This document shows positions 28,821 to 38,326 of a stretch of 50,382 bases of DNA, in pieces. Both the position numbers and the translations under genes were made by a program. A model generated the notes under the pieces. That model did no database searches. It was not told the origin of the DNA and saw only the letters and a list, made by a program, of their open reading frames with translations. The first letter of the stretch is position 1. The number at the start of each line of letters is the position of its first letter. The DNA comes from Candidatus Hermodarchaeota archaeon (GTDB lineage: Archaea > Asgardarchaeota > Hermodarchaeia > Hermodarchaeales > Hermodarchaeaceae), in assembly GCA_016839805.1 (NCBI GenBank), contig JAEOTO010000005.1:1-50382 (forward strand), in the 5' to 3' direction.

Positions 28821-29004
28821 ATCAATCCTTTAGAAGCAGGATTTAATGTTCATGTGAATTATCTCCAGAAAAGGTTTGTGTGTGTTAAATAAAAAACACA
28901 AATCTAATGATTATTTGTCAGGTCAACTTTTTTCTGATTCCATACCCAAAGAATTTTATCAGAAGGCTGACTGGAAAACCTGCAAATTTTCGGTGAGAGA
29001 TTCA

Positions 29005-29385
29005 ATGACTAATTCCGTCCAATTTTATCGACCACCCCGGAGAGTATCAGCTAGTCCCGAGGATGAGCCGCAAGAACGAAATCAGACGCGTAACATGGTT
29101 ATTCTGTTTGTCGGATTAGTGTTAATCTGCGTTATTCTTTATGTTTCAAGCATCATTTTGAGTCAAATGGGATTTCATTCTATGGCAATCGGTATACAAA
29201 TGTTAACAATTATTCTTTTGTGGACATCAATCGGTATTGGCTTCACTGTTGGGATTAGTTACTTTGTTTTACGAACTTTTCTTAGACGAGAATTTGACAA
29301 ACGTTTCCGAAAATTGGAAAAAGAACAGCACAGACGATATCGCGAGATGATGGGGCTCAAAGAACCAAGCGAGGATTCAGAATGA
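29005..29385 (+). CDS. 2-TM membrane protein with charged C-terminal helix
   Basis: Start at MTNSVQF after GGTGA; two TM segments. Confidence 0.65.
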   Translation: MTNSVQFYRPPRRVSASPEDEPQERNQTRNMVILFVGLVLICVILYVSSIILSQMGFHSMAIGIQMLTIILLWTSIGIGFTVGISYFVLRTFLRREFDKRFRKLEKEQHRRYREMMGLKEPSEDSE

Positions 29386-29404
29386 GTAGGAGTAAATCTG
29401 AAAA

Positions 29405-30103
29405 TCAGATACCAAATTGTTTCGCAATTGCTTTCTCTTCCCAATAAGAATATGACATTTGAAACCTATCTTTATTATCCTGAATAAGGCGCCAAATATC
29501 CATAACCAGCCGTTTTCCACTTGATGACAACTTCAAACGTTTCTTCTTCTCAATAGCATCCAGAAATCGACGTCCTAGCAGACGGCTATTCAACAGATTC
29601 TTCTTTCGCGTTTCAATATCATCTTTTTTTGGCACAATGGTTGCAACTGGTTTAACTACACCTAACCCCCAAGACTCAAGAATAGCTGAAAGATATTCTG
29701 ATAGACTCTCAGCTCCATAACTTACTGATGTTACAATCACAGCCCCATACTTTCCAAACAAACGAGGACGCAACATCCAAGGCCAAAACCGATCGAGCAA
29801 ACACTTCAATCGCCCTGGAGGACCCATCAAGTAAACTGGTGTCGCTAGGACAAAGCCAGGAGAAATCAATAAAGATTCCTGGAATGTTTGCACATCATCT
29901 TTCACGACACAATCGTCTGTTGATTCACAGGCTAGACAGCCTCCACATGCTGCAAAGGATAAATCAGGCGTCGTAATGATTTTCGTTTGGAACCCTGCAT
30001 GCTGAATCTCTTCAATAAGATCCTTAATCACTTCAGCAGTCTGTCCCTTGACTCCTTGTGGACTAGCAATGAGAATAGGAATACTCACCACGTGAACCAT
30101 CAA
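29405..30103 (-). CDS. Iron-sulfur flavoprotein / NADPH-dependent FMN reductase family
   Basis: ASP..KGQT, CGGCLAC..C, ATPVY, LKCLLDR. Confidence 0.85.
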   Translation of the reverse strand: MMVHVVSIPILIASPQGVKGQTAEVIKDLIEEIQHAGFQTKIITTPDLSFAACGGCLACESTDDCVVKDDVQTFQESLLISPGFVLATPVYLMGPPGRLKCLLDRFWPWMLRPRLFGKYGAVIVTSVSYGAESLSEYLSAILESWGLGVVKPVATIVPKKDDIETRKKNLLNSRLLGRRFLDAIEKKKRLKLSSSGKRLVMDIWRLIQDNKDRFQMSYSYWEEKAIAKQFGI

Positions 30104-30276
30104 CTGTGTCGTTTAATTCTTTCAAAGGGAAGTCGTCAAGGGACGGCCCTTTATGTCCAATGTAAACATCATATTATGAATTTAAGAGCTTGACGACAAA
30201 TCATTTTCCTAATCTTTTTTATTAAGAGGGATTTAAGAGGAGGAAAACAGGATGTAATACGGGTTGGTTTTGACAT

Positions 30277-30765
30277 ATGGGATCTGCAAGCGATCTTTTC
30301 CAACGAGCCGTCATTGCTTTAAGTGATCAAGATTTTGAGCGGGCGGAAAAACTCACAAACGAACTCCTTGAGCTTGATGCCAAAAACGTCGATGCCTGGG
30401 GTCTCCTTGCCAATATACATCAGCAAAGCGGAGAACACGGGAAAGCTATAGAAGCCGCGAAAAAAGCCACTGAATTAGATCCAAAAAACATTCAACACTG
30501 GAATAACCTAGGTTTCTTATACTTGTCCCAGGAACAATGGAAGGAAGGCGAGAAATGTTACGCTAAAGCCGTTAAGCTCCCCAATCCACCACCTACCATT
30601 TTTTTAAACCACGCATGGGCACTAGCAGAATTAGGGCAAGAGAAAGCTGCACTCAAAGAACTCAAACAAGCAATTGAACAATCTCTCGAAGATACAATTA
30701 CTGAAACTATCAGAACTGAGGACCGGTACACAAAACTCCGTCCATTACTGAAAAAAGTCAAATAG
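30277..30765 (+). CDS. Tetratricopeptide repeat protein
   Basis: Repeats AWGLLANI..A..LDPKN, WNNLGFLY, FLNHAWAL. Confidence 0.85.
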   Translation: MGSASDLFQRAVIALSDQDFERAEKLTNELLELDAKNVDAWGLLANIHQQSGEHGKAIEAAKKATELDPKNIQHWNNLGFLYLSQEQWKEGEKCYAKAVKLPNPPPTIFLNHAWALAELGQEKAALKELKQAIEQSLEDTITETIRTEDRYTKLRPLLKKVK

Positions 30766-30790
30766 AGTAAACCAAACTTTTCTTGTCAGC

Positions 30791-31243
30791 TCATGGTTCT
30801 TCTTTAATAATGAAGAAACTACCAGATGTCACCGTATGACCCACACCCGGAATCTTACGCAATTGGTTTACTACCAATTCACCAATCTCTTGCAACGAAG
30901 CACCCCTTGCTTTCAAAATGATATCCCACTGCCCTGCCACCACATGGACCTCAACCACATTTTCTAATTGGGCGATTTCACGCGCTACATCCTGCTGCGA
31001 ACGATCATTCGTGGGAGTATAAGTTACTAGTACAAAAGCAGTTACAGGCAAACCGATCTTCGAGTAATCCGGAATAGCCACAATTCGAGTAATGATTTTA
31101 TTCTTCTTTAATCGATCAATTCGATGTTGGACCGTTGATCGAGGTATGCGTAATTTCTTGGCAATCTGTGACGCAGATTGGGTTGCATCAGTCCGGAGTT
31201 CCCTTAAAATTTGTGAATCTTTCTTGTCAAGCATAATTAGCAA
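30791..31243 (-). CDS. Lrp/AsnC family transcriptional regulator
   Basis: LDKKDSQILREL, HTH (STVQHRIDRL), VAGQWDIIL. Confidence 0.9.
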   Translation of the reverse strand: MLIMLDKKDSQILRELRTDATQSASQIAKKLRIPRSTVQHRIDRLKKNKIITRIVAIPDYSKIGLPVTAFVLVTYTPTNDRSQQDVAREIAQLENVVEVHVVAGQWDIILKARGASLQEIGELVVNQLRKIPGVGHTVTSGSFFIIKEEP

Positions 31244-31340
31244 TTAGCCAATATCACTATATAATTATTGTCATTCTTTAGTAATTTACCTATGCCGTTA
31301 GCAAAAAGCTAATATCTATTAACATGTTACAAAGCAGCGG

Positions 31341-32366
31341 GTGCGTCTCATGGTATGGGAATCATCTTCGCAACGTCAACCCACTAGTACAGTGGATTTT
31401 GATATGGAACGAGGAGTTCAATTCCGATATCAGTCTATTCGTACTCCGCGTGCTCGAGCAATCTTACAAGTCCAGCACGAGTTACTTCGAACATGCCGAC
31501 AGTTTCTAGACCGTGTCGGGTTCACCGAAGTACTGGCACCAATTATCGGACCGGTTACCGATCCTGGTATCCGAGGAGCTGATATAATTGAGGTGCCCTT
31601 CTATGGGAAGGCATACGTATTGATGACCAGCATGATTCTGTATAAGCAGATGACGATGGCGAGTTTCCCCCGCGTATACGCTTTTTCACCTAACGTCCGG
31701 CTGGAACCATCAATTAGTAGTACTACGGGTCGTCACCTTGCCGAGTTTTACCAACTCGATTTGGAAGTGGCACATGGAACCTGCGACGAAGTCATGGCGC
31801 TTGGAGACACGTTGTTGTCTGAGGCCATAATTACAGTCCGACATGCTTGCGCTGAACAACTAGAATTACTCGGACGCACCCTCCCTTTACCACCAAGGCA
31901 GCTTCCCCGCATAACCCATGCAATAGCAATAGAACTCCTTACCGAGTTGGGCTTTGAATTGGATCCAACAGCCGAAATTCCTTGGGAAGCCGAACATCAT
32001 TTATCCCTTCATCTTGAAACCCCTTTCTGGATTACTGATTATCCCACCACAGCTCGAGGTTTTTATTACCTCCGAGATCCTGGATATCCCGAATATGTAC
32101 GATCCATGGATCTTATTCTCCCGGAGGGCTTTGGGGAGATATCCAGTGGAGGGGAAAGAGAATACACGGTTGAAGGCGTTACTCAGCGAATGCTCCAGAC
32201 TGGAGAGGACCCTACAAAATACGCATGGTATCTCGATATGCTTCAGGAAGGGATTCCCCCATCCGCGGGTTTTGGAATCGGCTTAGAACGGTTAACGCGA
32301 TATCTCTGTGGTGTGCCACATATTTGGGAATGTTCACCATTTCCGAAAGTACCCGGCGTCACATAA
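31341..32366 (+). CDS. Archaeal asparagine synthetase A (AsnRS2; AsnRS catalytic core without anticodon-binding domain)
   Basis: PIIGPVTDPGIRG, SMILYKQ, RHLAEFYQLDLE, GEISSGGERE, PSAGFGIGLERL; no N-terminal OB fold. Confidence 0.88.
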   Translation: MRLMVWESSSQRQPTSTVDFDMERGVQFRYQSIRTPRARAILQVQHELLRTCRQFLDRVGFTEVLAPIIGPVTDPGIRGADIIEVPFYGKAYVLMTSMILYKQMTMASFPRVYAFSPNVRLEPSISSTTGRHLAEFYQLDLEVAHGTCDEVMALGDTLLSEAIITVRHACAEQLELLGRTLPLPPRQLPRITHAIAIELLTELGFELDPTAEIPWEAEHHLSLHLETPFWITDYPTTARGFYYLRDPGYPEYVRSMDLILPEGFGEISSGGEREYTVEGVTQRMLQTGEDPTKYAWYLDMLQEGIPPSAGFGIGLERLTRYLCGVPHIWECSPFPKVPGVT

Positions 32367-32374
32367 TTAATTCG

Positions 32375-32854
32375 TCACTTTCTACCTTTGATTTCTTCCG
32401 GAGAGATTAACATCGACGCATTGAGTTCAACACCGCAATGAGGACATTTATTCTTCTGCTTAACCCAGGTTACGATTTCATTTTTATGACCCAGCGTTTC
32501 ACAATGAGGACAGCCCAAGAGCTCTTGGCCTCCAGCTATGAAACGGTGACAGATTGGACATCGTTGCCGGTCGGCGCCACAACTAGGGCATTGAAGTGAA
32601 GTTTCTTCCTCGATTATAACTCCACAGCTCATGCAGGTTCCGCCTACGGGGCTTGAAGCTCTGTCAGGTGGGTCAGCAGGAATTTGGGAGTAAGACCGAC
32701 TGGTAGTTCGTGAGGAACTAGACCGGCTTGAAGTGCTAGAGCGCCGATAACTTCTTCCACGCTGATCACCCCTCGACTCACGTCCACCTGCCGCACTCTT
32801 CCCAATTGCAAGACATATTCCAACAATCAAGCAAACAATCATGAATTCCGCCAT
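32375..32854 (-). CDS. Membrane-anchored zinc-ribbon plus RING-like protein
   Basis: N-terminal hydrophobic helix, Ser/Arg-rich linker, CMSC..CPSC, then CPIC..CPHC..H..W...CPHC. Confidence 0.65.
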   Translation of the reverse strand: MAEFMIVCLIVGICLAIGKSAAGGRESRGDQRGRSYRRSSTSSRSSSSRTTSRSYSQIPADPPDRASSPVGGTCMSCGVIIEEETSLQCPSCGADRQRCPICHRFIAGGQELLGCPHCETLGHKNEIVTWVKQKNKCPHCGVELNASMLISPEEIKGRK

Positions 32855-32974
32855 TCAGATTCCACTTAAGAAATTATTCGCCGCTAAATCCTCTGAGGAA
32901 AAACAAAGATAAAAGGGCTTTTACACAACCTCAGATTATAGGAGTCCCTATCACTTACGTGGAGTAAACAACCC

Positions 32975-33613
32975 ATGGAAATCCGGATCCTAGCACATAC
33001 TGAGAACCCAGATTTGTTGTGTGCTAAAATTGGTCGCTATTCAAACGTAACTGAAACCTGGGATGAAATCGACAGGAAAATGCCCAGTGGTGGCTGGGAA
33101 AAATTCCTCCAAAAAGTCATCAAGATGGGTCATACCTCAGTTCTCGAACATGCCGTTTTTACATTTGAAATTACAGGTGTGTCCCGTGTGTTTACTCACC
33201 AATTCGTTCGCCACCGCATTGCCAGCTATCTTCAGAAATCATTCCGTCGAACTAAAATCAAACAGCTCATTCTCCCCAGAACCGTCCTAGATGCTGCTGA
33301 GGACCCCCAGGCATTACAGAAAGCAGCTGAAACACTCTATCGAGAATATTTTCGTCGAGGTGTGCCTATGGAAGATGCCCGGTATCTCGCTCCGATGGGA
33401 TCTGAGACTGCTATCATTGCCACCTTCAATGCTCGAACCCTCCTCGAATCCTTCTTCCCCCTCCGATTACACCGAACAGCCCAATTTGAAATTCGAGCCG
33501 TCGCTAACGAGATGCTCCGAATCGTCAAAGAGATTGCTCCCGTTATTTTTCAGAATCTTGAAGTTGATGAAAAGCTCCTTCACGAATTCAAAAGAACATT
33601 TACCAAACCCTAA
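32975..33613 (+). CDS. thyX: FAD-dependent thymidylate synthase
   Basis: GHTSVLEH, RHRIASYLQKSFR, EDARY, AQFEIR. Confidence 0.92.
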   Translation: MEIRILAHTENPDLLCAKIGRYSNVTETWDEIDRKMPSGGWEKFLQKVIKMGHTSVLEHAVFTFEITGVSRVFTHQFVRHRIASYLQKSFRRTKIKQLILPRTVLDAAEDPQALQKAAETLYREYFRRGVPMEDARYLAPMGSETAIIATFNARTLLESFFPLRLHRTAQFEIRAVANEMLRIVKEIAPVIFQNLEVDEKLLHEFKRTFTKP

Positions 33614-35589
33614 CACAAGGAATTTATTTCACTAAATTTCGTTCGAATTCTGGAAAGCCGCATAGCATTGAGTATCACTGCTAAGGATAAACCCATATCC
33701 CCCACAGCCACAGCGACCCAAAGAGATATGAGTCCTGGAAAAACGAGACCCGCAAGACTGAATTTGACTATCAAGGATGCAATGACATTTTGGCGAACAA
33801 TACCTCGCACCTTTTTGCTCAATCTTAACAAATATGGTAATTTTGAAAGGTCATCTTGCATTAATGCAATATCAGCTGTATCGATAGCTGCGTCACTACC
33901 GATAGCACCCATCGCAATACCAACATCAGCTGTAGCTAAAGCAGGCGCATCATTAACACCATCCCCCACCATTGCAACAGACCCGTATTTCTCTTGTAAT
34001 GACCTGATAATAGTCACCTTATCCGAGGGTAATAGCCCTGCATAGACTTCTTCAATACCTACTTTCGATGCGATAGCTCTAGCGGTTTCTTCATTGTCAC
34101 CAGTCAGCATAATAGGTAAGATACCCTCTTTTTTCAACGCAGAAATAGCCGTAACCGCAGTCTGACGGACCGTGTCTTGAACTGCAATGACACCAATCAC
34201 TTCATTTTCAGTACCAACGAGAACAACGGTCTTGCCTTCTTGTTCGAGGTGATTCACAAGATCCCGTGAATATGGGATCCCCCGCTCAATGAATAACCGT
34301 TCGCTTCCAACGAAGAATTGTTCTCCATTAATTGTTCCAGTCACACCACGACCTATTATCGCACTAAAATTCTTCACTAGGTGAAAAGATACACCAGGAT
34401 TACCAATTTTCTCAACAATTGCTTGACTAATCGGATGCTCGGAGAACATCTCCAAAGAACCTGCAACCTCAAGGATATCCTCTGATGAACCATTAACTGA
34501 AACAATATCCATAACCACTAACTGCCCTTTGGTCAATGTTCCTGTTTTATCAAAGGCTACAACTTTCACGGTCCCTAGTTTTTCGAGATACCGGCTACCT
34601 TTAACTAATATACCATTTCGTGTCGCACTAGTGAGAGCGGAAACCATCGCTACTGGGGTTGAGATCGCAAAGGCACAAGGACAAGAAATTACCAAGAGAA
34701 CGAGGCCTCGATAGAGCCAATCAAGCCAGGGAACACCAAATAACAAGGGAGGAATTATGGAAATAAACACCGCGAGAACAACAATCATTGGTGTATAGTA
34801 TTTGGCAACCTTCTCAACAAAATGCTCCGTTGGTGATTTCTCCTTCTGCGCCTTCTCAACTAAGGTCAAAATTCTAGAGAGCATTGTATCATCTGAAAGT
34901 TTTGTAACCCGAACCTCTAGAAAGCCCTCATTGTTGATGGTTCCTGCGAATACTTCGTCGTTAACATATTTCACCACCGGAATAGATTCACCCGTAATGG
35001 GGGCTTGATTTACACTCGATGTTCCGCTACTTACGATGCCATCAAGAGGAATTTTTTCACCTGGACGAACAACCATGATCTCATCGACTTGCACATCATG
35101 AACATGCACACTCATCTCTTCGCCTGCTCGTTTAACAGTCGCCACTTCAGGAGCGAGCTTCATGAGCGAGGCTACTGATCGCTGGGCCTTCTCCTTTGCT
35201 TTACTCTCGAGGAATTCGGCGACGAAATACAAGACCATCACAGCAGCACCTTCAGCCGGATGTCCGATGAGAAAACTTGCTATTGCTGCAATTGTCATCA
35301 AGAAGGCAATATTCAATTGATGATGAAAGACAAGTCCAGTAATTCCACTTTTGGCAATAGAATACCCTGCTATGCACGCTGCAAAAACGAAGAACGCCAA
35401 AGCCATCAGTGGTTGACTTATTATGAATTCGAGAACAAGTCCAAGGCTAAAGAATATCGCAGACACAAGGATAATAATAAACCGTTTATCGTTCCACAAG
35501 GAAAGGGGTGCTACGACTTGGGAATAGGTCACTTCACAAGTGCTACATGCGTTCTCCTCATCGTGTTTGTGCACACTCAATCCCTTCAA
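33610..35589 (-). CDS. P1B-type heavy-metal ATPase (ZntA/CadA-like)
   Basis: TGES, CPC, DKTGT, SEHP, GDGVNDAPAL; N-terminal HKH..CSTC; Lys and Asp in the last TM helices as in P1B-2. Confidence 0.92.
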   Translation of the reverse strand: MKGLSVHKHDEENACSTCEVTYSQVVAPLSLWNDKRFIIILVSAIFFSLGLVLEFIISQPLMALAFFVFAACIAGYSIAKSGITGLVFHHQLNIAFLMTIAAIASFLIGHPAEGAAVMVLYFVAEFLESKAKEKAQRSVASLMKLAPEVATVKRAGEEMSVHVHDVQVDEIMVVRPGEKIPLDGIVSSGTSSVNQAPITGESIPVVKYVNDEVFAGTINNEGFLEVRVTKLSDDTMLSRILTLVEKAQKEKSPTEHFVEKVAKYYTPMIVVLAVFISIIPPLLFGVPWLDWLYRGLVLLVISCPCAFAISTPVAMVSALTSATRNGILVKGSRYLEKLGTVKVVAFDKTGTLTKGQLVVMDIVSVNGSSEDILEVAGSLEMFSEHPISQAIVEKIGNPGVSFHLVKNFSAIIGRGVTGTINGEQFFVGSERLFIERGIPYSRDLVNHLEQEGKTVVLVGTENEVIGVIAVQDTVRQTAVTAISALKKEGILPIMLTGDNEETARAIASKVGIEEVYAGLLPSDKVTIIRSLQEKYGSVAMVGDGVNDAPALATADVGIAMGAIGSDAAIDTADIALMQDDLSKLPYLLRLSKKVRGIVRQNVIASLIVKFSLAGLVFPGLISLWVAVAVGDMGLSLAVILNAMRLSRIRTKFSEINSLC

Positions 35590-35708
35590 TAAGCCGGAAA
35601 TTATTGTTGAGAGGATAACACAGGATATTTATTAGATTAGTGCTAATACAATGCTAAATTATAATAAATTTTATTAATTCTAATAATACAAATTATTAAG
35701 GTGAGCAT

Positions 35709-36116
35709 TTGCCAATCATTAGCATTTCATTGACTACAGAACTTTTGAAACAACTAGATAAGTTCATGAAACAGCGAGGGTACTCTAGTCGCTCGGAAGC
35801 CGTCCGCGACGCAGTGCGCAACACCATTTCAGAATTTGAGTTGAGTCGATTTGAAAAAGGTCGAGTGACCGCTACAATCACTGCAATCTCAGCCCATGAG
35901 TTACCTGGTGTTGATGAACGACTAACCCGCCTCCGTCACGACTATAACCAAATAGTCTCAGGGAACATGCATCTGCACCTTGGCGAAACATATTGCCTTG
36001 AAGTATTTATCACTGAAGGCGATGCAGAGCGTGTCTTAGAATTCATCAGTCGCATTCGAGCAATGCGAGGCCTCCACCAAGTAAATTACACGATCATGCC
36101 CTTATCAAATAAGTAA
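35709..36116 (+). CDS. NikR-like ribbon-helix-helix metalloregulator, divergent from the P1B ATPase
   Basis: IISISL..GYSSRSEAVRDAVR RHH domain; HLHL...CLEV metal site. Confidence 0.88.
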   Translation: MPIISISLTTELLKQLDKFMKQRGYSSRSEAVRDAVRNTISEFELSRFEKGRVTATITAISAHELPGVDERLTRLRHDYNQIVSGNMHLHLGETYCLEVFITEGDAERVLEFISRIRAMRGLHQVNYTIMPLSNK

Positions 36117-36188
36117 GCTAGATTTCACTCTCGAATGGTATGGCTATTAAGGCGTCTACGATTCCGAGTAAATCGAATTCAAGGAAGT

Positions 36189-36458
36189 TTACTCTTCCTC
36201 GAAGAATTCAACCTTTTTGAGGCGAATCTCATCCCGCATAGGGCTAGCCGCCATCAAGAAGTATTCTCCGCCTTCGAGCTTCATCATCTCACGGATCTGT
36301 TTGGGAATAACAACATGGTATGATGAGCCATCTGGACGCATGTACCCTTTCACAATAATTCGTACCTTCTTACGCATATGATGTGGTGGTCTTGGATGGT
36401 GCTTTGGCTCGAGTGGTTCAGGCGGTTCCGGTGGTTCAGGAATTTTTTCTTTTGGCAT
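36189..36458 (-). CDS. AbrB/MazE-like DNA-binding protein with Pro/His-rich N-terminus
   Basis: SSYHVVIPKQIREMMKLEGGEYF swapped-hairpin signature. Confidence 0.7.
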   Translation of the reverse strand: MPKEKIPEPPEPPEPLEPKHHPRPPHHMRKKVRIIVKGYMRPDGSSYHVVIPKQIREMMKLEGGEYFLMAASPMRDEIRLKKVEFFEEE

Positions 36459-36608
36459 TTTTAATCACGACGTATATTACTAATAATTATAACCAGTATA
36501 ATCAGTATACTCATAATACTTAGTATGTTTTAAATCTTTCGTCCGCAAAACCTTGAAAAACCCATACAACAGACAGAACAAACTACAACGTTCAAGGAGA
36601 GAACACTC

Positions 36609-37346
36609 ATCCCACTAGATGCCGTATTCTTTGACCATGGACGCACCCTGGTAAGCGATCATTCCCTCGAAGACATGAATCGCAAAATCATCTGGCCCAA
36701 ACTCCAAGAATTAGGCTTCCAAGGCTCATATACTGACTTTGATACTGCTAGAAAGCAAGTGTTAACCAATAGTCAGCTAGAATATATGGCTCCTCCCATA
36801 AAGCCCCAATCCAAAGTAACTCCGTTCCTAAAATTCGTAGTTGACAAATTAAGAGTTACAGACTTACCCCTCAAGAAAATTCGTGAAATTACTGAAGCAG
36901 GTTGGCAGTATCATCAAACGGTAGCCAAGTGTTACCCAGGAACCCGAACAGCCCTTCAATGGATATACGACCAAGGACTCAAACTCGCTGTTGTATCAAA
37001 TTGGTATCAGGAACAGATTGAAGGCTACCTTGACCAATTAGAAATTCACCATTTTTTTGACACCGTAGTGACCTCTGAAAGAGCAGGTGCGCTCAAAGCA
37101 GATTTAAAGCCCTTTCAAATAGCCCTTGATGAGCTTGAGGTAAAACCACATAGAACACTCCATGTTGGTGATAGTGTCAGCCAGGATGGAGCCTGTCGGC
37201 GATTAGGAATCATATATACATTGAGTATCTGGCACCTAGATGATCACCCAGAAGAATCTGTTTCATCCTTGTCAGAGGATCAGTATGACTATATTGTTAC
37301 AAGTTTTTCAGAACTAGTAGAATTACTTCGAACCCTTATTCGATGA
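36609..37346 (+). CDS. HAD-superfamily hydrolase, probable non-canonical ATC start
   Basis: Motif I AVFFDHGRTL lies upstream of the first ATG (36675); VVSN, K and HVGDS..D motifs. Confidence 0.8.
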   Translation: MPLDAVFFDHGRTLVSDHSLEDMNRKIIWPKLQELGFQGSYTDFDTARKQVLTNSQLEYMAPPIKPQSKVTPFLKFVVDKLRVTDLPLKKIREITEAGWQYHQTVAKCYPGTRTALQWIYDQGLKLAVVSNWYQEQIEGYLDQLEIHHFFDTVVTSERAGALKADLKPFQIALDELEVKPHRTLHVGDSVSQDGACRRLGIIYTLSIWHLDDHPEESVSSLSEDQYDYIVTSFSELVELLRTLIR

Positions 37347-37416
37347 TTACACTAGGATTAGCTTATGAGTAATAGTGTCACTACGGTGTATGAAAAAAAT
37401 CTTGAAGGTCAGTTTT

Positions 37417-38292
37417 ATGAGCGTAGTAAAAGGAATCGTATCGTTATCTCGACCATACGTTCTTTTTACAACGACATCGTTCTATATTGCTGCTGCTTTT
37501 TTAGGGATTAATGGAATTCCAGCCCTATTGCCATTTTTCATTGGATTTCTAGCCGTTGCTTTAGCGATTGCTTCGGCCCATACATTGAATGATTATTTTG
37601 ATAGGGAAAATGATTTGAAAAATCCAAGAACAGCTAACCGGGCTATACCCAGCGGCTTGATCTCACCGCGGACAGCTCTTGTTTTAGGGATTATTTATGG
37701 CGTTATTGCTGTATCTCTTACCTTTTTTCTCAATCCACTTTGTATTATACTAGCTTTCGTTGCAATCCCATTACCTTTCGCATACATTTTCATGCGAAAA
37801 CGACGAATCCCATTCAGTTTCATATGCACGATGTTAGCGGTTTTGTTCATCATCCTATTGGGCAGTGCCGTTGCTTCTGGTATGTATTTTCCTAATTTGA
37901 TGTTGCTTTTCGTTGTGTTTGGTATGTCCTGGGAAATGGGGCGAACTCTGATCAGTGAAGTCCAGGATGTCGATTACGATAAGTTAACTAATGTGACAAC
38001 CATCTCTGCAACAATTTCATCTAAACGAGCTGCTCAACTTATCCTCGTCTTATTCTCTATCGCATCAATAGTGAGTATTATCATCGGAATTGTTGGGCAA
38101 TTGGGTATCATATACCTTGGAGTTGTAATAATTGCCTCCTTATGGTTAATCTATCGATGCCTGGAGCTAGTCAGAACCCCAACAACCCCTAACGCCATTA
38201 ACATGCGGATACGAGTACCTAAGTACCTTCTTACTATTTGTTTAATTTTAATTGTCACAATTCTATTGAATACTCTACTCTTAGGGCTCTAA
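37417..38292 (+). CDS. UbiA-family prenyltransferase (DGGGP synthase-like)
   Basis: LSRP, NDYFDRENDLKNPRTANRAIPSG, EVQDVDYD. Confidence 0.82.
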   Translation: MSVVKGIVSLSRPYVLFTTTSFYIAAAFLGINGIPALLPFFIGFLAVALAIASAHTLNDYFDRENDLKNPRTANRAIPSGLISPRTALVLGIIYGVIAVSLTFFLNPLCIILAFVAIPLPFAYIFMRKRRIPFSFICTMLAVLFIILLGSAVASGMYFPNLMLLFVVFGMSWEMGRTLISEVQDVDYDKLTNVTTISATISSKRAAQLILVLFSIASIVSIIIGIVGQLGIIYLGVVIIASLWLIYRCLELVRTPTTPNAINMRIRVPKYLLTICLILIVTILLNTLLLGL

Positions 38293-38326
38293 TTCATAAC
38301 TTTGATTGTCTCAGACTATTTCGATC

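Noticed and set aside
30124-30197. Hairpin AAAGGG-AA-GTCGTC/GACGGC-CCTTT and an alternative GTCGTCAAG/CTTGACGAC pairing; possible SECIS or riboswitch
   Set aside because: No in-frame TGA selenoprotein candidate nearby and no match to a family I can recognise; an Infernal/Rfam search would be needed.
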